This document shows positions 28,611-37,850 of a DNA stretch of 64,000 nt, in pieces (within the stretch, counting starts at the first letter, position 1; every line of letters starts with the position of its first letter). Made by a program: the position numbers and the translations under genes. Location of the stretch: positions 125,626 to 189,625 of the forward strand of contig JBHGAY010000004.1 in assembly GCA_041946735.1 (NCBI GenBank), given 5' to 3'. Origin of the DNA: Candidatus Eiseniibacteriota bacterium. Its GTDB lineage: Bacteria; Eisenbacteria; RBG-16-71-46; CAIMUX01; VGJL01. The notes beneath the pieces are model-generated. The model was not told the DNA's origin, searched no databases, and worked only from the letters and a program-made list of their open reading frames with translations.

Positions 28611-30208
28611 CGCGTTCCCTCGATCGTGGAGACGAGCGAGGCGAAGAGCGGCCTTCCGCTGTATCGCTCCAAGCGCGCGAGAGCCACGAAGAAGTCGTGC
28701 CTCGCCTGGGCTTCGTTCGTTTGCGCGATCTCCAGGGAGATTCGCGCGTCGTTCAGCTCGATCATGCTCGACGCCCCCTCCTCGAAGCGCAGCCGGGCCA
28801 GCTCGTGCGCCCGTTCCGCGACCCGCACCGTCGCGGTCCGCGCGCGCAGATCGGAGGCCGCCCGGTCCAGCTCCCCGCGGCTCTGCACGATCGCCTCGCG
28901 CACCTGCTCGCGCGCCTGCTGCAGGTTGAGCTGGGCCGCGATCCTTCGGGCCTTCGACTCCTGGATCGCCCCTTTCGTGCGGAAGCCATCGAAGAGCGCC
29001 CAGTTCACGCGCACGCCCGCGTTGACGTCATTCAGCCACTCGTCACTGGCCGTAGGGAAGACATCGGAGGGGAACGCCTGTTTCGAGTAGTTCGCGAACA
29101 GGTTCAGCTCGGGCCACTTGTCACTCGCCGCAACGGTCACCGCGTGCCGCCGCGCCTCGACCTGCTCCTGAAGCGCGCGAACCGAAGCGGACCGAAGCGC
29201 GTCATCGACGAGGCCGGTCGTGTCGACCGTCGCCGCGGCGTCCAGCACCCGTTCCGAAGCGAGCACCGTGCTCGTCAGCACCATCGGTTGCGACGGGGGA
29301 ATGTTCGCCAGACGGCGCAGCTCGAGGTAGGCGATCACTCGAAACGACTCGGCCCGCTTGATCACCGGGATCTGGTTCTCGCTCTGCAGCTGCGCTTGCA
29401 GCAGGTCGAACTCGGAGGCCTCGCCGGTCCCTTGCCGCAGCTCGACTCTCTGGCGCTCCGTCTCCGCCTGCTCGTAGGTGAGCCGCGCGATCGTGACGGA
29501 GCGATCCGCGAGGAGTGCGCCGAGGTACGCCTGGCGCGTACGCAGGACCACCTCCTGCTCCTGGTCGGTCCGCATGTCGCGCGCGGCCTCCATCGCGTGC
29601 TTCGCCGCCTGGATGGACGACCAGATCGATCCTCCCTGGAACACCTTCTGCGTCAAGCCGGCCGAGGCGATCCAGCTGTTCTCGCTCCCGAAGGAGGTCG
29701 AGCTGAAGAGCGTAGAGAGCCCCGTCAGGCCCGAGTACGGAAGCGCCTTCTCGATGTCGCGCACCCGCTGCTCCAGAGGAGCGGTCGTGTCGGGATCGAA
29801 CGCCTCCACTTTGGGACCCTCCGCCATCTGGAAGACGCTCTCGATCTGCCGGGTGTAGGTGCCGGACAGATTGAGCTGCGGGAAGGCGGTCGACCGCGCC
29901 TGGAGATAGGCGGCGCGCGCCAGCGACATGTCGGTCTCCGCCAGCCGGATCTCCTCCCCGTTCGCCAGGGCGCGCGAGACCGCGCTGTCGAGATCGAGGC
30001 GAAGCGTGTCGGACGCAGCCGGCGCGGCCTGGGCCCACGCGAGTTGCGGCAGAGCGGCGAGCGTCAATGCCGCGACCGTCAGCACGGCGAGCGTCAGCGC
30101 CGCGATCCGCAAGGCGGCGAGCGTCAGCGCCGCGCCCGCCAGGGCGGCAAGCGACGGCAGCGCGAATCGCGGCGCCGGCAAACCCGGGGCCGTGAGAATC
30201 GATTTCAT
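28607..30208 (-). CDS. TolC-family outer membrane efflux protein
   Basis: LDLDSAV..AL..., FPQLNL, WPELNL, RFEEG.SS..EL.DA; repeated A(A/V)LTLA units in the signal region. Confidence 0.92.
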   Translation of the reverse strand: MKSILTAPGLPAPRFALPSLAALAGAALTLAALRIAALTLAVLTVAALTLAALPQLAWAQAAPAASDTLRLDLDSAVSRALANGEEIRLAETDMSLARAAYLQARSTAFPQLNLSGTYTRQIESVFQMAEGPKVEAFDPDTTAPLEQRVRDIEKALPYSGLTGLSTLFSSTSFGSENSWIASAGLTQKVFQGGSIWSSIQAAKHAMEAARDMRTDQEQEVVLRTRQAYLGALLADRSVTIARLTYEQAETERQRVELRQGTGEASEFDLLQAQLQSENQIPVIKRAESFRVIAYLELRRLANIPPSQPMVLTSTVLASERVLDAAATVDTTGLVDDALRSASVRALQEQVEARRHAVTVAASDKWPELNLFANYSKQAFPSDVFPTASDEWLNDVNAGVRVNWALFDGFRTKGAIQESKARRIAAQLNLQQAREQVREAIVQSRGELDRAASDLRARTATVRVAERAHELARLRFEEGASSMIELNDARISLEIAQTNEAQARHDFFVALARLERYSGRPLFASLVSTIEGTR

Positions 30209-30831
30209 GCCTTGGACACCTCCAGACCGCGCATGAGCAGGTCGTAGAGCGACTCCTCCAGGTCTTGCGGGATGTCTTCGCGGGCGCCCGACAGGACGTC
30301 GGCGACGTAGATCTCGAGGGCCGCGAGGGCGGTGAGAACGAAGAGGTCCGGATCGATCGGACGGAACATGCCGGCCGCTTGCCCTTCACGCACGACCGAG
30401 CGGAACGGATCGAGCAGCTTCTGGCCTTCGCCGCGGTAGTCGAACCCCAGTGGGAGAAGCCGCGGCATCGTGAGGGTCGCGTGAACGAAGCTGTAGATTT
30501 CCGGTTCCCGGCGCGCGAGATCGACTTGGGTCGAAAGCAGGTCGCGAAGCCGTTCGCGCGGATCGCCCGCCTGGCCCGCGGCCCAAAGCCGCGCGTGGCA
30601 TTCGTCGATCGCGGAAAGGAGGAGGCCGCCGAACAGGGCCTCCTTCGATTCGAAGTGGTAGTAGACGAGAGGCTTGGTCACGCCGGCCGCCTCGGCGATC
30701 TCGCGCATCGAGGTTCCATCGAACCCCCGGATGGCGTACAGCCGCGCCGCGGACCGTTCGATTCGCTCCCGCGCCGGCTCATCCGGGAAGGATTCCCCCC
30801 ACCCGCGTTCTCTGCTCCCCACACCCTTCAT
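30205..30831 (-). CDS. TetR/AcrR family transcriptional regulator
   Basis: HTH GFDGTSMREIAEAAGVTKPLVYYHFESKEAL; heads the efflux operon. Confidence 0.93.
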   Translation of the reverse strand: MKGVGSRERGWGESFPDEPARERIERSAARLYAIRGFDGTSMREIAEAAGVTKPLVYYHFESKEALFGGLLLSAIDECHARLWAAGQAGDPRERLRDLLSTQVDLARREPEIYSFVHATLTMPRLLPLGFDYRGEGQKLLDPFRSVVREGQAAGMFRPIDPDLFVLTALAALEIYVADVLSGAREDIPQDLEESLYDLLMRGLEVSKA

Positions 30832-30839
30832 GAATGAAT

Positions 30840-30883
30840 CCTGACCTCTCGGTCAGGGTAGGCGCCGGCGGCACGATCGTCAA
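30840..30883 (-). promoter_or_regulatory. Sigma-70 promoter with an overlapping palindromic TetR operator
   Basis: TTGACG (30878-30883)-17 nt-TACCCT (30855-30860); inverted repeat CCTGACC-N4-GGTCAGG at 30840-30857. Confidence 0.7.
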
Positions 30884-31040
30884 GCCCCCAGCCATCGACC
30901 CGGCCACCCTCGCAACCATCGCCCCATCCATTGCCGCATCGATCCCCCGGCAACCATCGCCCCAGCCACTGCCGCAACCGTCGTCGCATCCGATGGCGGA
31001 TTCCCCTACCGGTTTCCGCCCGGCACGCAGCCGGCCAGGG

Positions 31041-32231
31041 TCAGTACGGGAAGTTCTTCTCCTCGCCGTCGCGCTGGATCGCGGGAGCCGGCCGGATTTT
31101 CGACCGGCCGTAGCGATCCTGCAGGCGGTCGATCGCGTCGGCGAGCTTGCGGTGGCGAGCCTCGCGATCGGAGTCGCCGAAGAGGTCCACCTCGATGCCC
31201 TCGGGCTCGATGCCGCTCACCCCCACGCCGAGCAGGCGGACCGGCCGCCCGTCCCAATTCTCGCGCAGCAGGCGACGCGCCTCCTCGTAGATGGGAGCGG
31301 CGAGGGCGACCGCGTGCGCGAGCCGGTGCTGCCGGGTGATGGTGCGAAAGGCGCCGTCGCGGAGCTTGATCGACACGATCCGGCCCGCGACCCCCGCCTG
31401 CCGGAGCCGGCGCGCCACACGGTCCGCCTGATCGAGCAGGACCGACTCGAGGAACTCGAGGTCGGAGCGGTCGTGCGGGAACGTTTCCTCGTGGCTGTAC
31501 GACTTCGCCTCCCAGTCGGGCGTCACCTCGCGCTCGTCCTCTCCCCGGGCGAGCGCGAGAAGCTGCTCCCCCCAGGCGCCGAAGCGACGACAGATCTCCT
31601 CCGACGGCCTCCTCGCCAGATCGCCGATCGTCGCAATCCCGATCGATTGCAGGACGGCGAGCGTCTTCGGCCCGACGCCCCACAGGCGCGAGATCGGCAA
31701 CGGAGCAAGAAACGAGGAGACATCCTCAGGCCGGACGACGACGAGTCCGTCGGGCTTGCGAAGATCGCTCGCGATCTTCGCGAGGAACTTGCGCGGCGCG
31801 ATCCCCACCGAGGCGGTGAGCGAGGTCGCTTCCCGGATCTCGCGCTTGATGCGGCCGGCTGCGTCCTCGGGCGGGCCGAAGAGCTTCTCCGTCCCGGTGA
31901 GATCGAGGAACGCCTCGTCGAGGGAGAGGGGCTCGACCAAGGGCGAGAAGCGATGCAGGACCTCCATGATCCGCTCGGATTCCCCGGCATACTTCGCGAT
32001 GTTGCCGGCGACGCGGACGAGGTGCGGGCAGAGACCGATCGCCTTCGCCATCGGCATGGCGGAGTGGATGCCGTAGCGGCGGGCTTCATAGGACGCGGCG
32101 GCCACGACGCCACGATGGGTCGCCGAGCCTCCGACGACGACCGGCTTGCCGGCGAGCGAAGGATCATCGCGGATCTCGATCGACGCGTAGAACGCGTCCA
32201 TGTCGACGTGCGCGATCCAGCGGTCCGTCAT
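31041..32231 (-). CDS. dinB: DNA polymerase IV (Y family)
   Basis: HVDMDAFYASIE, AASYEARRYGIHSAMP, SLDEAFLD, AKIASDLRKPDG, LWGVG, KSYSHEETF. Confidence 0.95.
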   Translation of the reverse strand: MTDRWIAHVDMDAFYASIEIRDDPSLAGKPVVVGGSATHRGVVAAASYEARRYGIHSAMPMAKAIGLCPHLVRVAGNIAKYAGESERIMEVLHRFSPLVEPLSLDEAFLDLTGTEKLFGPPEDAAGRIKREIREATSLTASVGIAPRKFLAKIASDLRKPDGLVVVRPEDVSSFLAPLPISRLWGVGPKTLAVLQSIGIATIGDLARRPSEEICRRFGAWGEQLLALARGEDEREVTPDWEAKSYSHEETFPHDRSDLEFLESVLLDQADRVARRLRQAGVAGRIVSIKLRDGAFRTITRQHRLAHAVALAAPIYEEARRLLRENWDGRPVRLLGVGVSGIEPEGIEVDLFGDSDREARHRKLADAIDRLQDRYGRSKIRPAPAIQRDGEEKNFPY

Positions 32232-32266
32232 CGCTTCCTCGCTGCTCGCGCGACCGGCCGGCCGGG

Positions 32267-33025
32267 TCAGAGGCCTCGCGGACGACCGGACGCAGGCGAT
32301 TCGCCGGATGCCGGCGATTCGAACGGGGAGATGGCGTAGCGCTTCCAGTAGTACAGCAGCTTCGCCGTCTCGGTGAAGACCGACATCATCTCCCCTTCCC
32401 GATCCCACCACCGCTCCGCCCGTTCCTCGCTCTGCCCGGGCGGGAGCGTCTCCAGGCTGATGGAGACCGGAGTGTCCCGGAAGAGGGCCCGGAATGTGGC
32501 GCGGGCGCGTCGCGCATGCATCGGAGAGGTCACGATGATCGCGCGGGTGACGCCGCGCGCGAGCAGCTCCCGCCGGCTCGCGACCGCCTCTTCATACGTG
32601 CTCGTCGGCCCGAGAAGGAGCCAGACGTTCTCCGGCTGCATGCCACGGCGTATCGCGATCCGTCGCTTCACCTCCCCCTGCGAGAGCGAATCCTGGCCGC
32701 CCGTGTAGACCGGAAGAAGCGCCTTGTCCGGCCCGGTGATCAGCAGCGCCGGAACGCGGCCCTCCCGCCAGATGCGCAGGGCGGCGCCGAGACGCTCCCC
32801 TTCGCCGCCGCCGAGGACGATGGCGACTTCGGCGTTTCGATGCGGGTCGGACACCATGAGCCATCGCGCATACGAGGTCAGAAGCCCGGGAAGCGAGAGG
32901 ACGACCGCCGCGGCGAGGAGGACCAGGACGAGGAGGATCCGCGCCGGCCGGATCCGGACGTTCCAGACCGGATCCCAGCGGGGCGCCCGCGAGGGCTCGC
33001 CCCTGCCCGCCGGCGCGGCGCTCAT
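32267..33025 (-). CDS. YdcF/ElyC (DUF218) family protein
   Basis: N-terminal TM, AIVLGGG, ITG, STYEEA, IVTSPMHARRA. Confidence 0.85.
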   Translation of the reverse strand: MSAAPAGRGEPSRAPRWDPVWNVRIRPARILLVLVLLAAAVVLSLPGLLTSYARWLMVSDPHRNAEVAIVLGGGEGERLGAALRIWREGRVPALLITGPDKALLPVYTGGQDSLSQGEVKRRIAIRRGMQPENVWLLLGPTSTYEEAVASRRELLARGVTRAIIVTSPMHARRARATFRALFRDTPVSISLETLPPGQSEERAERWWDREGEMMSVFTETAKLLYYWKRYAISPFESPASGESPASGRPRGL

Positions 33026-33103
33026 CGACCGGCGCCTCCGCGATCGCTCATCGGTCCGGGTCTCCGCGCTCTCTCATCGACCGGCGCTTCCGCCGGGGAT
33101 CAT
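33022..33103 (-). repeat. Three 26-nt tandem units forming ATGA-linked 9-codon mini-ORFs
   Basis: TCAT (ATGA on the - strand) at 33022, 33048, 33074 and 33100; peptides MIPGGSAGR, MRERGDPDR, MSDRGGAGR. Confidence 0.85.
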
Positions 33104-33675
33104 CGCTCCCGGCTCGGTCGCAGGGCGCCGTTCTGCTCCACGTACGAGAGGCCGCACGAGCAGGCCAAGGTCGACCGGTCGAGCCGGCGGCCGCACTTGC
33201 AGGCCCATCCGATCGGCCGCGCCGGATTGCCTGCAACCATTGCGAAGTCCGGGACGTCGCGCGTGACGACCGCCCCGGCCGCGACGAACGACCAGGTTCC
33301 GAGCGTCACCCCGCAGACGATCGTCGCGTTCGCCCCGATCGTCGCCCCATAGCGGACCCGGATCGGCTCCCATCCGGCGGGGCCGGTCCGGAAATCGGGA
33401 TGGCTGCGCGGAATCCGGTCGTTGGTGAACACCGCATTGGGTCCGACGAAGACATGGTCCTCGATCGTCACGCGATCCCAGATCGAGACCCCGTTTTTCA
33501 CCGTCACGTGATCGCCGAGCACGGCGCCGCTCTCGATGAACGACCCCTCGCCGATGTTGCACCCCTTGCCGACGCGCGCCCCTCGCATCACGTGCGCGAA
33601 CGCCCAGATCCTCGTCCCTTCCCCCACCTCGTCCGATTCGTTGATCCCCGAGGGATGCACGAACACGTCTGCCAT
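33100..33675 (-). CDS. Hexapeptide-repeat sugar N-acetyltransferase (WbpD/WlbB-like)
   Basis: FVHPS, IWAFAHV, CNIG, VFTND..PRS, GANATIVCGVTLG, GNPARPIGW, C-terminal CKCG...CSCG zinc ribbon. Confidence 0.9.
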   Translation of the reverse strand: MADVFVHPSGINESDEVGEGTRIWAFAHVMRGARVGKGCNIGEGSFIESGAVLGDHVTVKNGVSIWDRVTIEDHVFVGPNAVFTNDRIPRSHPDFRTGPAGWEPIRVRYGATIGANATIVCGVTLGTWSFVAAGAVVTRDVPDFAMVAGNPARPIGWACKCGRRLDRSTLACSCGLSYVEQNGALRPSRER

Positions 33676-33766
33676 CCGCTGCGCTCCTTCCGCTATCGTC
33701 ATCCGCGATGCGCGGCCTCGACCGAGAATCCCACGGGGCCTCGGGGGGGACAAGGGGCGCAGGGCG

Positions 33767-34843
33767 TTGACCGCTTCGCGGGCCCTTCCTTCCTGTGACC
33801 TCCTCGTCCTCGCCGACCCGGTCTGGGAGACGACCTGGCGGGTGGAAGCGATTCCGGAGGATCGTGATCGCTTCGACCCGGAACGTCAGGCCCTGGACGA
33901 GGTCGAGGATGGCGGCGGAAGCGCTCTCAACGTCGCCTGCGCCCTGGCGGCCGCCGGCTGGCGAGTCGTCACTGCCGGGATGGTGGGGGCCGACGAGGCG
34001 GGACGCGCGGCGATCGAAGCCCTCCGGCGCCACGGGGTCGACGCGCGGATCGAGCGGGCCGCGGGCCGCCGGACGAAGCAGGTCGAGGTCTTCGTCGAGC
34101 GGCGGAGCGGGGCGAACGCGTTTCGCGCGGTGATCCCCGATCACGCCGCCCCTCCATGGGACGGCTCCTGCCCGGAGATCGGCGGAGCGCGTTGGCTCCT
34201 GCTCGATCGGCCGGGAGCCCGGGGGATCGAGCGGCTGCGCGGGAGGAGGAGCGACGGCGTCCGAAGTCCGGGAAGCGGGCGGGAGAACGCTCTTCTCCTG
34301 AACGGTCCGATCCACCGCCCCCAGGCGGAGGAGCGGTGGAGGACCGCGTTGCCGCTTCTTTCCTACTTGCAGATTCCGGAGACGGACCAGCGAGACGGTC
34401 CGCTTTCCGACGAACCGGAGGGAAGCGCAGGCCGCGTCGGCGGCGGTGGCGCGGGGGCCGGAACCGGCGCCAGCGCCGGCGCCAGCGCCATGCTCGGTCC
34501 GGCTACCATCCACCGTCCGTCCGCATGGCCACCCCTCGGCGAGCGGGAGATCGAAGAGATTCTCTCCTCCGGCCTGGCGATCCTGGCCCGCACGCGAGGC
34601 GCGCGCGGGGCGATCGTCCACCAGGCCGGAACGCGCGCGGCGATCGAGGTGCCGTCCCGGCTCGGCAAGGGCGAGCTGGTCGATCCCACCGGCGCGGGCG
34701 ACGCGTTCGCCGCCGGATTCCTCGACGTCCGTCTCCGTGGAGGGCCGGTCGAGCAGGCGGCGGCCACGGCATCCGACTGGGCGGCGCGCGCGTGCCGGCA
34801 CCTCGGAGCGCGCGCATGGCTGCAAGGCGAGCCGCCCCGATGA
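33767..34843 (+). CDS. PfkB/ribokinase-family carbohydrate kinase
   Basis: GGSALNVACALA, GMVGAD..G, TRGARGA, VDPTGAGDAFAAGF; start uncertain (TTG 33767); Gly/Ala-rich insertion. Confidence 0.85.
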   Translation: MTASRALPSCDLLVLADPVWETTWRVEAIPEDRDRFDPERQALDEVEDGGGSALNVACALAAAGWRVVTAGMVGADEAGRAAIEALRRHGVDARIERAAGRRTKQVEVFVERRSGANAFRAVIPDHAAPPWDGSCPEIGGARWLLLDRPGARGIERLRGRRSDGVRSPGSGRENALLLNGPIHRPQAEERWRTALPLLSYLQIPETDQRDGPLSDEPEGSAGRVGGGGAGAGTGASAGASAMLGPATIHRPSAWPPLGEREIEEILSSGLAILARTRGARGAIVHQAGTRAAIEVPSRLGKGELVDPTGAGDAFAAGFLDVRLRGGPVEQAAATASDWAARACRHLGARAWLQGEPPR

Positions 34844-37665
34844 CACCCAAGCTCCGCGCGCGCATCCTCGGGCTCGGGCTCGCGCTCACCCTCACTCTCA
34901 CTCTCACTCTTGCGCTCGCGCTTGCACCCGTCGGGGAGCCCGCTGCCCGCGAGACCGGAGCCGAATCCCCCGACTTCCTCGCCTTCCGGCGAGCGGTCGC
35001 GCTCGGCCTCGAGCCCGCGCTCGTCCACGTCTTCGCCGACGATTCCGTTCTCGCCCTCGTCGACGGGGGAGCGCAGCTCCGCATCGACAGCGACGGCGAC
35101 GGCCGGATCGACATGCTCGCCTGGCGCGAAGGAGAGGCGCGCGTCGTCGCGATCGACGAGGACGGCGACCTCGCGCCCGGCGCCGCCCGCCCCGACACCG
35201 ACAGCGACACCTACGTCGCGGACGCCCGCGGCGCGGGCGCGCCGGACCGGATGGTCGCCTACACGGACCTCGACGGCGACGGCGACGCGGACCGGCAGGA
35301 GATCTACGAGATCTCCGGAGGAACGCTCTCTTCGAAGGGAATCGGCGTGACGATCGTCTTCGACCTCGACGACGACGATCGCTTCTTTCAGCTGAGCGGC
35401 TATGGCTATCACGCGAACCGCGACCAGTGGGGCAGCGACTTCGACGGGGACGGAATGTTCGTCGCTGGATGGCGCGACGACGCGACCGGAGTCTGGACCT
35501 CCGCCTGGGAGAATCCGTTCTGCTTCTACGACGCCGACGGCGACGGCGCGACCGACGAAGCGCTGCGCTTCGAGGGAGAGAATCTCGACATCGCCTCGAT
35601 CCGCTGGAGCGTCGACGCCGATGGAGACGCCTCGCCCTCCTCCCCGCGCGACTACGACTTCTCGGTGACCGCGCTCGGCCCCGTCCTCCTTCCGGCGGCG
35701 TTCGCCGACAGCGTGCGCCTACGCGACGGTGGGACGATCCGGTTCGTCTCCTGGGCCCGCGCCCGCGAAGCGATGCGGTGGGGCCTCTGGCGCTCCGCGC
35801 TCCTCGTCTGGGACGAGGACGACGCGAACGTCGCGCCGTACTCCGAGGATCCGGCGCGCGAGCGCTGGGAGGGAGTGATCGCCGAAGCCTTCCGCGGCTT
35901 TCCCGCCGTTGGGGGACCGGGGACAGGGCACATCCACAAGCGCTACGAGATCGACCGCGACGGTTCCGGGCGGCTCGGCCTGTACTGGAGCGGGATCGAC
36001 GACCGCATCCATCTGCTCGGAGCGGAGGAAGGCGAGACCAGCGTCGCGATTCCTTCCACGCCGCCCATCGAGAGGACGATCCGCGCCTACGACGACGACG
36101 GCAACGGCTTCTTCGATCACTGGGCGTTCGCGCTCGGCGGCCGTTCCGATGCTCCGGCGCGCGACGTCCGGCCGCCCGGCGAGGCGGCGCGGCCGCTTCC
36201 GCCCGGACTGCGGGAGGTCCAGCGGTTCTACGGCCCGGCGCTGCGCGCGGCGCGCGATCGCGCTGTCGCCGAGACACGGCAGCTCGCCGGCTCGCTCGCC
36301 CAGCGCCGGCCCGATCCGGTGCGACGGTGGTGGCTCGAGGCGAGGGATCGCAACGACCCGCTCGCCGTCCGCGCGGAGAGGAGCCTCGAGACGGAACGCT
36401 ACCTGGACGACCTCGTCCTGCTGGAGATGGGCGGCGGGTTCCTCGCGAGCGAGGCGCGGCCGGCGCGACCGGCGTCGGCGTTCGACGTCGAGATCGCAGC
36501 GCCGGCCGCCGCGGAGGACAGCCCGGAGACCGCCATGACGATCGCGATCGCGGACGTCCCCGGCGCGGCTCGCGCGATCCTCGATCCGTGGAGCCGCATC
36601 GAGGCGATCCCGGTTGCGGACCGCGGCGATCGGATCGTCGGCCACGATCGAACCCACCGCCGAGACGATCGAACCCACCGCCGCGACGACCCGATCCCCG
36701 GCGATCAGGACCGGATCGCCGGCCAGCCCGAGGACTACGACGGCGATGGCCAGGTCGACCTTCTCTACTTCCCTCATGTGGTGCCACCGGACGACGCGGA
36801 GCCGCCCGGCCGGCTACGCATCGAGATCGATCCGGCGCGTCCCCTTCCTCTCCCCGAAGGAACGCGCGTCGATCCGTTCCTCGGCCGGTCGATCGCGATC
36901 GAGTCGGCGGCGGCTGCGTTTCGCACCTACGACGGCAAGGTCGACCTCCTCGCGAAGCGCGCCCCGCGCCTGATCCTCAAGGGGGATCTGGGGAACGTTC
37001 ACGAAATGCGGAGCTGGGGCATCGACCCCCTCGACATCGGCGACGGCCCGGGCATCGGCGGCCCTTACGTCCGGACCTTCCGGGCGCAGGACGCGCATGC
37101 GCAGGAATGGATTCCTATGTTCGGAAGCGACGCCGTCCTCGGCGCCCGCGTGCTCGTGGCTGGCCCGCTGCGCTCGGTCGTCGAGGTCCAGCTGGCTCGC
37201 GGGCAGACGCGCGCCCGCCGCCGCCTCGAGATGCGATCCGGGTCGCCCGTCCTACGCGAGGAGTTCGTCCTCGAGGCGCCCGACTCGATTCTCGTCGCCT
37301 TCGCGCTGCCGCCCCTCGAAGTCCACGGGACGATGGAAGCGTCCGGCGATGGCCAGCCCGGCGCCATCTGGAGCTTCGGCGTCTCCGCGCCGGGCGCCGG
37401 GGCGCTCGGGCTCGCGGGAGCAGGAGGACGCGACCTCTCGCCGGCACGCGCGGAGGAGCCGGACGGAGCGCGCAGCGCCGGCGCCTCGCCGGAGCCTGCA
37501 TTGAAGCGCGTCGCGCGTCGCGGAGAACCGATCCGCCTGCTATGGGTCGCGGGCGGCGAGATATCCGGGGACTCGAGCGCGGCCGCATGGACGACGCGAG
37601 CGACCGCGCTCCTGCGGGATCCCGGGCTTGCCGGATCCGAATCCGCAAGTCCCCCTCGGCCCTGA
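34840..37665 (+). CDS. Large secreted protein with many DxDGDG motifs and a DUF4861-like C-terminal domain
   Basis: ATGA overlap with the kinase; signal peptide; DSDGDG, DLDGDG, DFDGDG, DADGDG, DDDGNG, DYDGDG; C-terminal AIES...FRTY.GKVD..AKR...GIDPLDIG.GPGIGG, GPLRSVV. Confidence 0.7.
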   Translation: MTPKLRARILGLGLALTLTLTLTLALALAPVGEPAARETGAESPDFLAFRRAVALGLEPALVHVFADDSVLALVDGGAQLRIDSDGDGRIDMLAWREGEARVVAIDEDGDLAPGAARPDTDSDTYVADARGAGAPDRMVAYTDLDGDGDADRQEIYEISGGTLSSKGIGVTIVFDLDDDDRFFQLSGYGYHANRDQWGSDFDGDGMFVAGWRDDATGVWTSAWENPFCFYDADGDGATDEALRFEGENLDIASIRWSVDADGDASPSSPRDYDFSVTALGPVLLPAAFADSVRLRDGGTIRFVSWARAREAMRWGLWRSALLVWDEDDANVAPYSEDPARERWEGVIAEAFRGFPAVGGPGTGHIHKRYEIDRDGSGRLGLYWSGIDDRIHLLGAEEGETSVAIPSTPPIERTIRAYDDDGNGFFDHWAFALGGRSDAPARDVRPPGEAARPLPPGLREVQRFYGPALRAARDRAVAETRQLAGSLAQRRPDPVRRWWLEARDRNDPLAVRAERSLETERYLDDLVLLEMGGGFLASEARPARPASAFDVEIAAPAAAEDSPETAMTIAIADVPGAARAILDPWSRIEAIPVADRGDRIVGHDRTHRRDDRTHRRDDPIPGDQDRIAGQPEDYDGDGQVDLLYFPHVVPPDDAEPPGRLRIEIDPARPLPLPEGTRVDPFLGRSIAIESAAAAFRTYDGKVDLLAKRAPRLILKGDLGNVHEMRSWGIDPLDIGDGPGIGGPYVRTFRAQDAHAQEWIPMFGSDAVLGARVLVAGPLRSVVEVQLARGQTRARRRLEMRSGSPVLREEFVLEAPDSILVAFALPPLEVHGTMEASGDGQPGAIWSFGVSAPGAGALGLAGAGGRDLSPARAEEPDGARSAGASPEPALKRVARRGEPIRLLWVAGGEISGDSSAAAWTTRATALLRDPGLAGSESASPPRP

Positions 37666-37749
37666 CGATCAGGCCACCCTTCAAAGGGAATGCGGTAGCA
37701 TCAGCGGACCGCCGGGCAACCGAGACGCCCCGGAGGGGCGTCAAACCCG

Positions 37750-37779
37750 TTGACACCGAAGCGTGCCCGTCCCTAGGCT
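37750..37779 (+). promoter_or_regulatory. Sigma-70 promoter of the SPT-like gene
   Basis: TTGACA-18 nt-TAGGCT, preceded by the hairpin GACGCCCC-GGA-GGGGCGTC. Confidence 0.6.
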
Positions 37780-37850
37780 CGCTTGGAGTTTTTGACCCTG
37801 TGCTTCGTGGAGGCAGCAGCCTGCGCGACGACCTGAGGAGAGGAAGCCAA

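Noticed and set aside
34446-37850. Apparent 1539-aa fusion to the SPT-like enzyme
   Set aside because: The upstream part is an off-frame shadow of the 34840..37665 gene; the SPT-like gene has its own promoter and RBS at 37851.
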